Shown: positions 27,106 through 39,854 of the stretch, in pieces
Numbering within the stretch: position 1 is the stretch's first letter
Layout of the letters: every line of letters begins with the position of its first letter
Source of the DNA: Octopus vulgaris
Lineage: Eukaryota
Direction of reading: 5' to 3'
Assembly (NCBI GenBank): GCA_951406725.2
Contig: OX597832.1
Location: 32,302,001 to 32,366,000, forward strand
DNA: 64,000 nt
The notes under the pieces: generated by a model
The model's database searches: none
What the model was told of the DNA's origin: nothing
Seen by the model: only the letters and a program-made list of their open reading frames with translations
Made by a program: the position numbers and the translations under genes

Positions 27106-28669
27106 GTGAAGGACGTAGAGTGAGAGAAGTGAGAAAGGTATATGAAATATTAACTAAAACAGCTAATTAAATTAGATTAACACCTGTCTTGGAAGCGTAA
27201 TTAAACAGAAATATTCTCTAGGAGCAAGAATTGCAGTGATGGAGGAGATTAATTAGGTGGCGACTAGTGATTGGTTGAATTGCAATAAGGAATTCTTGCC
27301 ACATTGGTGTGTGACTTCATTATAGCGATAATTGCATTTTCATATGTTCTTGGTCAAGACATTTAACACTGTTTGGCTGAGGTTATCGCCATCACCATCA
27401 GCATCACCACCAGCAGCAGCATCATCGTCATGGTCGTCGTAATCAATCCTTATCATTATCCCCATCATCACTATCGCCATCGTCGGTATCCTTGTAATTA
27501 TCGCTACCGCCATTATTCGTTTCTTTAACACATCCTCACCATCACCACCAACATCGGCGTCTCCCTCTTCCTCCAGCTTCCGAAAACCTCTTCCATTTCC
27601 GACACGACTAATAATACCATCGCCGCCGCCTCCGCCACCGCCACAACCATCATACAATTGCTGCTGCTGCTGCTGCAGATACTTCTAGAATTACTTCTAC
27701 TATTAACGCATGTACCAGTCTTGCATTTACTGGCCCTCGAAAAAAATGAATGTCAAAGTCAAACTCGGCAGTATTTGAACTCAAACCGTAAAGAGTCGGA
27801 AGAAATAGCTTTAAGCCTTATACCTAGCGGGCCAATGACTCTGCCAGCTCAGTTCATTTTGCGGTAAAATTGCCACATTTATGTCTTCCAATTTCAGCCT
27901 TATTTTCTTCTTGCCTTCTCTGTCAGCCGAAGCGAATTTTGCGTCTGTGGAAAATCTACGGCAAACAAGACGTTCTCCCAACAGGAATATACTTGCGGCT
28001 GGGGAACGCTAGCGAACTGCCTATTCCCAAGATCCTGCAAACATTCTTCACGTACATCTCACCTTCATCCAAATACTGAACTTACATGTTCACTTTTGTT
28101 CCGTTGTGCATTAGTACATGCAACTAGCGCACGGTATACGCAATAAGCCTTAGAAAAATGGTCACACTAAAACCTCTTTGTGAGTTGCAGAGTAATTTGT
28201 AAAACTAACATCAAAATTGCTTCCTATTTTTTTCTTTATTGATTAATTTGATAATTCACTATTTAGAGAAAAGCAGTCAATGGTGTTTCTTAATTTTTCT
28301 CATTAAAAAACTTTAAAATATGATTGGAAAGGATTTGTGAGAGATCATCAGATAATTCGAGAAGGTCGGAGAAATTATGTAGTTGCATCATACCTGAGTT
28401 GTCGCCTGCCATTAAGTTTGCAGCATTCTACATTCCTAATCTGCGCACTAAATTACCGTGAATGTGTACCTGTGTTTATGTGTGTGCGTGTGTGTTGTTA
28501 CTTTGGCGTAAATCTAAACTAATCAAAAAGAAAATGGTTATGTTCTCCTTATATTTAATGCAGTAACACGGATAATTGGTATCTGATAGAAGGCCATGTG
28601 TGGCGGGAATTGTTCAAACTTCCCGTCAAGGTGATCTTTACATTTTATTATCATAAATAAATTGCTGGT

Positions 28670-29242
28670 AAGGCGGCGAGCTGGCAGAAACGTTAACACG
28701 CCGGGCAAAATTCTTAGCGGTATATCGTTTGCTGCTAGATTTTGAATTCAAATTCCGCCGAGGTCAACTTTTCCTTTCATCCTTTCTGGGTCGATTAAAT
28801 AAGTACCGGTTAGACACTGGGGTTGCTAAAATCGATTTAATCCGTTTATCTGTCCTTGTTTGTCCTCTCTGTGTTTAGCCCCTTGTCGGTAGTAAAGAAA
28901 TAGGTATTTCGTCTGCCGTTACGTTCTGAGTTCAAATTCCGCTGAGGTCGACTTTGCCTTTCATCATTTAGGGGTCGATAAATTAAATACTAGTTAATTT
29001 TGTCTGTCCTTGTTGGTTCCCTCTATGTTTAGCCCCTTGTGGGCAATAAGGAAATAAGCAACGTTAACGCGCCGGATGAAATGCGTCTGTCTTTATGTTC
29101 TGCGTTCAAATTCCGCCGATCTCGACTTAGCCTTTTATCCTTTCGCGGTCGATAAATTAAGTACCAGTTGCATACTGGTGTCCATGTAATCGACTGGTCC
29201 CCTCCCCGAAACATTCGGGCCTTGTGCTTAGAGTAGAAAAGA
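28670..29242 (+). mobile_element. Three nested or tandem SINE family A units bounded by one TSD
   Basis: Units lie at 28670-28902, 28903-29057 and 29058-29242, each with gttcaaattccgc.ga and ctttcatcc...ggtcgat. The flanking direct repeat is ataaataaa(t/c)tgctggt at 28653-28669 and 29243-29259. Confidence 0.9.
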
Positions 29243-29409
29243 ATAAATAAACTGCTGGTGAGAGAACGACTCATTATCCTCTGAGCTGCTAAGCGAGACG
29301 CTACGACCGTCAAGCGTGTATTACTCTTTATAGTTTTCTGATTTTCCTAATAATTTTTTCGTAATCAATAATAAATCTCAGAACGAGATGTAAACAGTAA
29401 CCCCTCGAC

Positions 29410-29625
29410 AAAGTAAAGTATAATACCCATCTCAATATGGCTAACCACAAAGGGTGGGTGTTACTGTAGCTTTTAGCCCCAGGAGATTATCGTCTCCAGC
29501 TGGCTTTAGGCACATTTTTCTGTGCCTAAAGCCAGCTGGAGACGATGATCTCCTGGGGCTAAAAGCTACAGTAACACCCACCCTTTGTGGTTAGCCATAT
29601 TGAGATGGGTATTATACTTTACTTT
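29410..29625. repeat. Near-perfect 105-bp-arm palindrome (foldback), 6-nt loop, one mismatch
   Basis: 29410-29514 is the reverse complement of 29521-29625 except ggagaTtatcg versus ggagaTcatcg. The loop is tttttc. Confidence 0.95.
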
Positions 29626-30645
29626 TTCGCAATATTTTCTAAAATTAAAGGAGAGACCAGTCTTGTTACTATTGTTATTCTGTTAAGGACAAGGCAATTC
29701 AGTGCCTTTTGATGAGAAATTAACTTTAATGCGGACACCAATATTCAAAACCTGTAATCACAACCAAGTGTTGTGTGGAGCAACCAGATAGACAAGTGAG
29801 GGATTAAGTTTAACCACCGAACACATGATGATTCTTTTCAAGGGCTTCCGAAATGCTAACTACAATATTTCATTCACAAATCTTTAGTTGTCACGAAACA
29901 ACAGCAGGAGAAATGCGATGACAACCGAAAACACTTCGTTACGTGGTCAAGATTCTTACCCACAAAATCATGCGCTAGCGCACTAAGTATATATCAAGTG
30001 AAATCCGATAATCTCCTATAACTGACACATTGAGAAAGTATATGTCGCTAGAATCATAGAGGAGACCTCACTTTTCATTTTCTCGCTAAAGTTCAACTGG
30101 ATTGGTTGGAAGTGAAGTACGTTTATTTTAGATGAGTTTTTAATATAAGATATTATAAAATGTAATAAATATGGCGGTTCTCAATTTCAATTTCTTTCTG
30201 CAAAGTTTACATTTATAGTGCCATCCATTTCAATTGGCATGACACATACCCATATATATTTAAACATATTCATATATCCATACATTTATATATTCGTATA
30301 TATCTGTGCGCGCGTATGCACATGCGTATAATATATACATATTTATGTATATGTAATATGTATGTACATCTAATATGTATATGATATAATATTATACGGG
30401 TGTGTATATATATATGTATTAATGTATGTATGAATGCATGTATGTATGATTAAAGCGTATAAAACATAGACATATAGTCATCTATGCTTACAAATATTTC
30501 AGTTAGTCAAAGGCAGAAATGCTGAGGACGTCTTGAAATGTGTACATCTAATGTAATTAATTAAAATCAGTTTAGAAATCTAAGGACTTAGACTTACAGT
30601 CTGACAGAACTTACGTACATATGTATGTATATACATGTATATATA

Positions 30646-30836
30646 TTTACTCTTTTACTCTTTTACTTGTTTCAGTCATTTGACTGCGGCCAGGCTGGAG
30701 CACCGCCTTTAGTCGAGCAGATCGACCCCGGGACTTATTCTATCGGTATCTTTTGCCGAACCGCTAAGTTACGGGGACGTAAACACACCAGCATCGGTTG
30801 TCAAGCAATGCTAGGAGGACAAGCACAGACACACAA

Positions 30837-30887
<51 letters not shown>

Positions 30888-31057
30888 AATATACATATAT
30901 ACGACAGGCTTCTTTCAGTTTCCGTCTACCAAAATCCACTCACAAGGCATTGGTTGGCCAGGGGCTATAGCAGAAGACACTTGCCCAAGATTCCACGCAG
31001 TGGGACTGAACCCGGAACCATGTGGTTGGTTAGCAAGCTACTTACCACACAGCCACT

Positions 31058-31060
<3 letters not shown>
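30646..31060 (-). mobile_element. tRNA-derived SINE family B with a CORE-like domain, near full length
   Basis: Minus-strand head aggagtggctgtgtggtaag...gggttcagtccc carries A/B boxes. It is followed by CORE-like cttgggcaagtgtcttct, an internal (TA/TG)n tract and the tail gaaacaagtaaaagagtaaaagagtaaa, and is flanked by TA-rich repeats. Confidence 0.85.
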
Positions 31061-31099
<39 letters not shown>

Positions 31100-31109
31100 T
31101 ATATCGTAT

Positions 31110-31322
31110 TAATGGTTTCAGAATTTTGCACAAAGGCCAGAATGTGGGAGGAGGGGATGCGTCGTTCGCATCATCCCCAGTCTTCATCTGGTACTTATTT
31201 TACTCCGAAAGGATTAAAAGCAAAGTCGACCTCCACCAACTTTGAACTCAGAACGTAGCGACTGGCGAAATACTGTCAAGCATTTCATCCAGCGCGCTAA
31301 GGATTCTGCCAGCTCGCCACCT
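31110..31322 (-). mobile_element. SINE family A copy with an alternative 3' tail
   Basis: ccgaaaggattaaaagcaaagtcgacctcc...tttgaactcagaacgt...ttctgccagctcgcc, with tail aattttgcacaaaggccag. Confidence 0.85.
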
Positions 31323-31329
31323 GATGTAT

Positions 31330-31632
31330 TTCACCTGCTTGTGTTTCATGATGCCGCCTCTTGTTGCTATCACTCTCGGTACAGGTCCTGAGATTACACT
31401 GTCCTCAAATCGATACCCAAATACAATGAAATGTTCGTATCGGAACTTCCGGCCCGGATGCCTGGCATTACAGCATTCATTTCAGTGAATTGCGTCATGA
31501 TGCTGTTTTCCTCACAGACGGTGCCCAACTGACCCTAATATACTCTGTAGTCGACAAAAGAAAAACAGATAAGGCGTATGAGCAGAATTGAAAATATAAA
31601 AGGGCGTCAATTTACCCATCGCACCCTGTATA
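31330..31632 (-). mobile_element. Tc1/mariner relic, internally deleted (tentative)
   Basis: The minus strand starts TA-CAGGGTGCG, a typical Tc1/mariner TIR end. Near 31340-31380 it encodes RVIATRGGIMKH, similar to transposase C-termini (VI.A.GG..EH). Confidence 0.4.
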
Positions 31633-34577
31633 TATATTATTTATCGATAGAAAGAGAGTTAAACTCATGTAGATTGAAACATAGAAAGATCGATGGATAG
31701 GTCGGTGTATAGTTAGACAGTTATATCAATAACATATTAACAATAATTTGAGTCACATACAACTGCATTATAAATCTGTTTGTTTAATGAACTTAATATA
31801 GGTTATGAGATTCATTTTAAGCTTAAATTTGATCGAATGCAAAACTTCTGTGTCCGCTTTTCGTAATTTGTCGAGCAATCAATGAATTTATTAAGTGACA
31901 CTATTTTGTATTTATGTATAACCCCGACCATTATACACATCAGCAAAAAAATGCATTGACGTATAGTCTGAACATTATCGTATATCCTTCTCTTTCTTTC
32001 CCTCGCTCTCCCTCCATCTCTCTCTTTCTCTCTCGCCCTCACTTATTCACCTTTATTTTCATATTTCAAGACAAATATAACAAATATTTATTGAGGTTGT
32101 CTGAAGGAAATTTGATGCCTTTTAAACAACATTAAATATATTACACGGCTATTTCGCTTTCACCCTTTAGGGAATTCGAAATATTTAAATTTACGACGTA
32201 AACTAAAAAAAAAAACAGTTATGAATGTTTATTGAAGAAAGCAAAACAGATTTATTGATACTTTCCCAACACACCTCTCCCTATTTTGATGTTTGACATA
32301 TATTAACGAAAATATAACAATTCTGAAGGAAATTATATTTGTAAGGCCATATGTCCACATTTATTTGTAAATAGACGGGTGCAATGTTAAAAAGTGTATG
32401 TGTTGATTAAAGTGCTTTATACATTTAAATAGCTGGGAATTATCTTCTGTAATTGCTTTGACACCGTAACCTATCGATTTAGAAAGACAAGAATTATGTC
32501 AAATATGATTTAGAGGATTAAATCCGTTACACAAATAAAGATTCTCTTTAAGATTAATACTTTCCAGTTCTGTCGTTGCACATACATGTCCTGCTGAAGG
32601 TAAATTTAACAGTATTTCTATTAAAATATGATATTTCTACAGATGTTGCTTGTCTGATTCTTCAGAAAGTGTTTATCTAATAAGGAAAAGACTCGTTTGG
32701 CGATAGGTGAACAGATATTACGGCGGAATGGTACATTACACCAAATTATTCGCTGTTTTTCTATTTATAGCTGTTTGGAAATTCATATCCCTCTATGATT
32801 CGATTGAACGCTTCGTTGAAGTAAGTGGTTAGTTATTCGATTATTATTATTGTTGGTGGTGTTGTTGCTAATAATAATAATGATAATAATATCAGAGGAA
32901 CCATTTAACCATTTCCACATTCATTCCCAAAATTATGTATTAAATCTGACGCGTGATATTAGGATGCATGTAGGCCTAAAGATCTTTCATTTCCCTTCTT
33001 AGAAGGTGAGCATCCGTCTGTCCTTAAGATTTCTATATTATATATCTTGAAAGTTAACAAATTGTAAATTCATTTCAGACTTACTTTAGATAGACAAATA
33101 GCTAGAAAGTTATGGATATAAAGGTAAAGATAATTCGATAGGTAGATAAATACAGAGTCTGCGACATATGTATATGCATGTATGCATGTATGTATATATT
33201 TATGTATATATATACATACATATCCATGTGTGTGTGTGTATGAATAAATCTATATCGCTGTATACATTCGTACAAAGCCACCCCGCCCCTCCACACACAC
33301 TCACATGCACAAGCACGCACATACACACAAATCTATACAAGGTATAACAGATTTATTAGCAGAAAACTATTATGGATTTATTGCTAGGGAGACAGAACGA
33401 CTGTCAATATCACGTACATATACCTAAATACCTATATATAGAAGAATTTTACTTCTGCAGAGAGAAGTATTCGGGTAAATTTCAGGAGACTACATTCTCT
33501 CTCTCTCTCTCTCCCTCTCTCCCTCTCTGCATCTCTCTTTCTCTGTCTGTCTTCTCTCCCATACACACGCACACATACACACATAAATTCCTGCGATTAG
33601 CTTATTGAATTAATAATATCTATAAATTCAATGTCCTGATCGAAGAATATTCAAGACTTAGTAATAAATTCGTTGAAAATTTGTCTGAAATATTTATCGA
33701 AATTCTCTAATTGCCATCGAGATTACTTCACGCACCACAACACTAATAACCTTTTATTAAGACAGACCGTTAATAGGTATGACGCTGAACGGAATTTTAT
33801 GATGTTCGCTAGAGTTATGTCTGAATATTTAACAAATATTCACTATTTCAGAAGCAATTTAAGCGTAAATCGTTTGGCTATATTTATAATCTGCAAATGC
33901 CAATAATTTTTAAATCTTCATTTCATCTTGAATATGAATAGTTTTGCAATATGATCGTTCATTCTTGTAAATCTAGCCATGCAAAATTTAAATGGTTTTA
34001 ACGACCATCAGGAATACACATGATATAGAATTCCATATAGACAGAGTACATTTATTATTGATAATATTTGACTTAGGTTCTGAGAATATGTGTGTTTAGA
34101 TGCCGATTCCGTGTTTCACAATAGAGTAACTACTACTTCCTATCTTCATAGAGTGAAGCAACTTACTCAGTAGTTTATCACGTATAACTCGGTCTTGCCT
34201 CGGTAGCGTCGTCCTTGCTACTGGTGCCGTTAACCCAGCCTGTCAGCCATCATAGAATAGTAAACCTTGTGCTGAGATAAATACTGTCTATAACCATCAC
34301 TTTTTTTATTATTATTATTAAGACACAGTACAAAGCAAGGACAACGGGTTAGTTCGAGGAGCACTCGTAACATTTCTCTCGCAGCTGATTGGATAGATAA
34401 TTTGCTCCTTACTCTTCTTTCTCCTCTCCGGACTTTTTTTCTCTTTCCGACAAAGAGCTACGCTCGAAAAGACATTTCCTCTCCTAATCTCCTTCTGGAA
34501 ATTTCACTGAGCCTCAATCTGATATATACTGGTGTACGTCTAATTGATTTTTGTATACGTTCCTGTTTATTTTAATA

Positions 34578-34626
<49 letters not shown>

Positions 34627-34638
34627 CATGCAGACATG

Positions 34639-34690
<52 letters not shown>

Positions 34691-34695
<5 letters not shown>

Positions 34696-34884
34696 CTTTG
34701 TTGCCCACAAGGAGTTAAAAAACATAGAGGGGACAAACAAGGATTGACAAAGGGATTAAGTCGATTAGGTCGACCCCAGTGCGTAACTGGTCCTTTATTT
34801 ATCGACCCCGAAAGGATGAAAAACAAAGTCGACCTCGGCGGAATTTGAACTCAGAACGTAACGGCAGACGAAATACCGCTAACC

Positions 34885-34888
<4 letters not shown>
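34691..34888 (-). mobile_element. SINE family A copy, 5'-truncated, within (TA)n
   Basis: atcgaccccgaaaggatgaaaaacaaagtcgacctcggcggaatttgaactcagaacgtaacggcagacgaaataccgc, with (TA)n on both sides. Confidence 0.9.
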
Positions 34889-34918
<30 letters not shown>

Positions 34919-35123
34919 ACTTTATAGTTTGCATTAGGAGGTCAGTCTACTGGAGTCAGCTTTTGGACACGATTTTAGAAGTAAAATAAATCTCTAAATG
35001 CATGATTGTTAAATATTTCCTCATTTTCTGTTCCTTCTTTCGCTTTCTTCATTTACGCCATATCTTTGCAGGTTAATATATATTGTGTTTTATGATGTGC
35101 TGGTGCATACTACAAAGAAAATG

Positions 35124-35199
35124 GTAGATACCCCAGTATCAATTGATTTCGCTGTTTGTGGCAAATTGACACTTAAAGCTCATCAGCTAAGCTTACTAC
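35124..35199 (-). ncRNA. Type I hammerhead ribozyme motif with a fully canonical core
   Basis: Minus strand: cuuag CUGAUGA GCUuuaagugucaauuugccacaaacAGC GAAA ucaauuga UA cuggg. It has G10.1-C11.1, a palindromic stem III (AUCAAUUGAU), an AUA cleavage triplet, and stem I cuuag/cuggg extended by guag/cuac. Confidence 0.75.
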
Positions 35200-35914
35200 A
35201 TTTCCCATTTAAAAAAATATATTTACCATTCCTTGTGCGCCTGTTCGGCTGAAGGCTCCGCGACTACCAAATGAACATTTATGAGCAAGTATAAACTCAA
35301 ACTTCAAATAAATTATCATAATCTTTAAAAAAGAATAATGATAAAGTAGCCAGCAAATAGAATCCAAATAGGCAAAATGTATATTGAAAGTCAGGGCACA
35401 AGATACACCTGTTTGCTAGAAAGTTTATGCATATTTTACCTTGACCCCTGACACCTGACTTTTACTACGTATATATATAATGCATACATACATATATATA
35501 TATATATATTTATATATTATAATAAACATTACTCATACACACACCGAGAAACCCACAAATATATTGTTATATATAAGGTGTGTTTGAAACTCTTCTTACT
35601 AGTTTTTCACCTGAAATCTAGTATCTTTATGAGAGATACGAAAACTTGTATCTACATGTCAGCAATCAGTAACAGTATCTAATGATGCTGGAAAAACTAC
35701 TTGGTTATTGTTGACTATAGCTATTCACCTCAGTACTTGGCCATTTTAGTAAATCGAGCGCGATAGGAGAAATCTGCTTAGATATAAGACGCATTTAGAT
35801 TTTGGACGCAAAGAACCAGATTAAATATCTCTGTAGCTCTTAATGTCCAACACGGAGAAGTTCGAATAATGATACTTATAATATTCCTTTGTGTGCGTGT
35901 GTGCGCATATATTC

Positions 35915-36121
35915 ATTTTTTCTACTGTCAGCACAAGAAACGAAAATTCTGGGTGATTAAGCAACCGCAGTAACCAACTGGTACTTAATTTATCGACCCC
36001 GAAAGGATAAATGGCAAAGTTGACTGCGGCGGGATTTGAACTTAGAGCGTTGAGACAGACGAAATAGCGCTAAACATTCATTCCGCCCAAGCGTGCTATA
36101 GTTTATGCCATCTTGCCGCCT
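35915..36121 (-). mobile_element. SINE family A copy, diverged
   Basis: aactggtacttaatttatcgaccccgaaaggataaatggcaaagttgac...atttgaacttagagcg. Confidence 0.8.
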
Positions 36122-36587
36122 ACATATATTTATTTGTGTGCTTGAACGTGCATATATATATATGTATTCGCACACACACGTATATATATATATATATATT
36201 TATACATACATATACATATACATATACGTGCATGCGTACAGTTTGGCTTGTAGATATTTCTCAAATATTATCGAGAGAATATGGAAGAGGTGCTATAAAA
36301 CTGGAAAATACAAACATATGAATAGTGAAGAAAACAAGACCTGAAAACACGGGGAAAATTTCGGGTGATTTTGGACATATTTACAAGGAAATCGAGTCAT
36401 ATTTATAACAAATTTTAGAAAATTAACTGCGTTCCTATATAACAAATTATTTCTAGTCATCTCGCGGCCATTCATCAAATTGCATTTCTGTTTCACTGAC
36501 GGCACAAACACAGCTATTTCTGTTTCGGAAATGACAGTGCACCTCCCCACTTCTCTCCTTTTCATTTTAATGAATAGTCACTATATA

Positions 36588-36735
<148 letters not shown>

Positions 36736-36754
36736 ATATGTTTATATATATATG

Positions 36755-36792
<38 letters not shown>

Positions 36793-36908
36793 TGTATGCA
36801 TGTACACATGGAGGTATAAATGTATGTGTGTTTATGTATGTTTGCATGTATGTAGGCATATCTATGTGCATATATGCGTATATATTTAACCTTATGCGCA
36901 TTTATGTA

Positions 36909-36955
<47 letters not shown>

Positions 36956-38129
36956 ATATATATATATATATATAACGAAAATATGTCTCATACAAATATT
37001 AACACACACATATATAGATGTGTGTGTGTGTGTATGTGTGCGTATATACATACAGATAGATGCATACACACATATATGCGTACATACATACATGCATACA
37101 CTCACACGTATTCCCTTGCAATTATATTCCTTGTATATTCATTGCCGTTTCGCAATAGAACTTTTAATAATTTATCAGAAATCTTCGAATCTTTAACTAA
37201 TTGTCTCTTTTATTCTCCACCCCACCCCCACCCTCACCCAAATTTGTTTCCAGTATTTCACAAGAGATTTCTAAGAAAGCTGCAAGGTTTACATCGATGT
37301 TTGTTATGATTGCATCTTCTACACGAAAATTATATATAAACGCTTAAATTTGTACACAGACACACATACACAATTACATAGACACACACTTGCATTCATA
37401 CACATATGTAAATCTATACATATATATATCTTAGTGCATATATATATATATATATATAACATATATATTTCTGTGTGTGTGTGTATAAAAACATACGTAA
37501 TTGACTATGTGGGAGTATACAATGTATCTTTGTTTCCATAAGTGTGCATGTGTGGGTATACATACATACACACACACACGCACACACACATATATATATG
37601 CACATACGCACATATATATTTATATACACGCACGCATATGCAAGGACATATATTCATGTAGTATATGTGCGTACGTGCGAGTGTGTATGTGTGTGCACAT
37701 GTATACAGATTGTACGCAATACCGGTTAATATGCATCATAAAATTACGCTCGTTATATCTGAAATTTCATATTTCCTAATTCCTATTTTCATAAAGTAGG
37801 AAATTGTGTTTGAAGAACAAAAACTGGACAATTATGAAATAGAAATTATTAGTTGTAAATAATTCACGTTAAATGATATTATATAATATTATATAGTATA
37901 ATATGTATACAATATTTCATACTTATATCTACGCGTGCGCGTGCACACAATTATATATTTTACTACCCTCCTTTGTCTGGTTGTAATTTCTACCATTGCA
38001 GTGTGAGGGCGTCTTGAAATGTTTATGGGAACCAATCAATCCTTGGGCCCATTTTTAACCCGTGCGCTTACTCTTTCACTTCAACTGCCACACCGCTAAG
38101 CTATGGGGATTAAACAAACCTACAATATA

Positions 38130-38640
38130 AGTTGTATTTAACAACTTATTGTTATGCCAAGAGATGATTTGTGAAAGGTTTTTGGTGTTTGAAAACCCTA
38201 TCCTGATTCGGTGTGAATGGATAATGGAATAGTATCTTGAATTTTCGGGGGAAATTCTTATCTATAACTTCTCTGATAAGGGAGCTTGGATTTGAGTTGC
38301 TTACCGTATGGAATTATCAACCAAACAGTTTTGCTAGGACATACCTTGTTATTAGGGTAATTATCTTTAAAATACTTAAATGTACTTTTATAACGAAAAG
38401 AAAAAGGGCTTAAAGAACGGTTACCTCCCTTACGCTGCAAAATTACATTTTTCGATTTAGTGTCGTTATTCGAACTAAAATTTATATAGTTATCGTTATG
38501 ACGTGATTTCATGTCCGGCTTAACAGAGGTAGAATTAATGTCAATAGGGTTAATATAGGTAATTTCTTCCTTTACAACCTGCGTTAAGCAAGGCAGAGTT
38601 ATAAAATTCGGTTTTATCTTTGAAGATATCAACATTGGCA
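38130..38640 (-). mobile_element. Penelope-like element fragment (RT to GIY-YIG linker)
   Basis: Frame-broken KTVWLIIPYGKQLKSK..EVIDKNFP..RIRIGFSNTKNLSQIISWHNNKLL. This parallels LIDTHF..NRNTIKVKYSC.PN..STIHNHN of the PLE at 47.7-47.8 kb. Confidence 0.6.
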
Positions 38641-39099
38641 GATAATCTAGAAAGTCTAAGAGAAATATTTCTAACTAAATTTCTTGTAATAACCTTTAAA
38701 TGATTACTGAAAGAGCTAATATATTTAAAATTAGTTGAGGGTTATATGTGTATATATATGCACGTGTGCGCATGTAGATATATATGCATACGTACATGTG
38801 CGTACCCATTTATACATATATGTACACACATAGGAGCTCATATCTACACACATGCATATAAGTACACAACGACAAAAGCACACGTGCACACACATATACA
38901 TCTTCATGAACATACATGCGTATACACCTGGGTGTGTGATTCCATATGCACCCAAACATGTACATTGATATATACATAATTACAGATGTATACACATATG
39001 AAGTTTTCTATGCAATTGTTATATTATTGTTGTGCTTGTATAAGACTGGATGGGGCAGAACAATAGAGCGAGAATTCAGAGAATTCCTCTTCTTCTTAC

Positions 39100-39150
<51 letters not shown>

Positions 39151-39163
39151 TACTATTATTATT

Positions 39164-39718
39164 AAAACTCACAGCTTTTATTACTGGGTATGATGCATTG
39201 TGTCAGCTGTCTACTTCCATAAGACTAAGGTGACATTTTTATTTTGTCTATTATGAAAGACTCTCAAATAGTTCTTAATTACCGGTTCTTCTTTACTTAA
39301 AAGCAGGCAATAACAAATCACAAAGGTTTCAAGGCATGCCTTCTTCTGTGACTTAAAGAGACAATTCTCTCCTTAGAATGCGAGCTGTACCCAACAATGA
39401 TGTCTTCTGGGTCACTTCGAGCCTGACAGCAGCTCCAATATTCTTTATTGCCTTTTTAAAGTGCTTGGTAACTGCTTCTAATGCTCCAATTACCACTGGT
39501 ATCACCAGTACATTCCTCATGCTCCATAACTTTCCTAACTCATCTGGAAGTGGCTGTTACTTTCCACTCTTTTCTGGTTCCTTAAATTTCACCCTCGAAT
39601 CGCCTGGTATTGCTACATCTATTACCATTGCTTATTTTTCTTCTTCATGGATGAGCATGATATCTGGTCTTCTTGCCTCTATGACTTGGTGACACTGCAT
39701 GTTAAAATCCCAATGTGA
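39164..39718 (-). mobile_element. R4/Dong-clade LINE 3' fragment (restriction-like endonuclease, in-frame stops) next to (TAA)n
   Basis: Minus strand WDFNMQCHQVIEARRPDIMLIHEEEK*AMVIDVAIPGDSRVKFKE..K*..LWSMRNVLVIPVVIGALEAV..QKTSLLGTARILRRELSL*. The (TAA)n tract at 39094-39163 lies at the 3' side. The extent of the UTR is uncertain. Confidence 0.85.
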
Positions 39719-39793
39719 TATTGGGAATAGCTTGTTCTGAGAGTTTGTTATTGAGCGCTGCACACTAATGCCTCAGTGGGCCGTTTAAATCTC

Positions 39794-39854
<61 letters not shown>

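Noticed and set aside
30519-30548. atg CTGAGGA cgtctt GAAA tgtg TA cat, like a minimal hammerhead
   Set aside because: Stem II cannot pair and stem I is only 3 bp, which is compatible with chance or heavy decay.
32620-32668. Minus-strand CUGAAGA...GAAA motif
   Set aside because: Stem I does not form and the base of stem II is mismatched.
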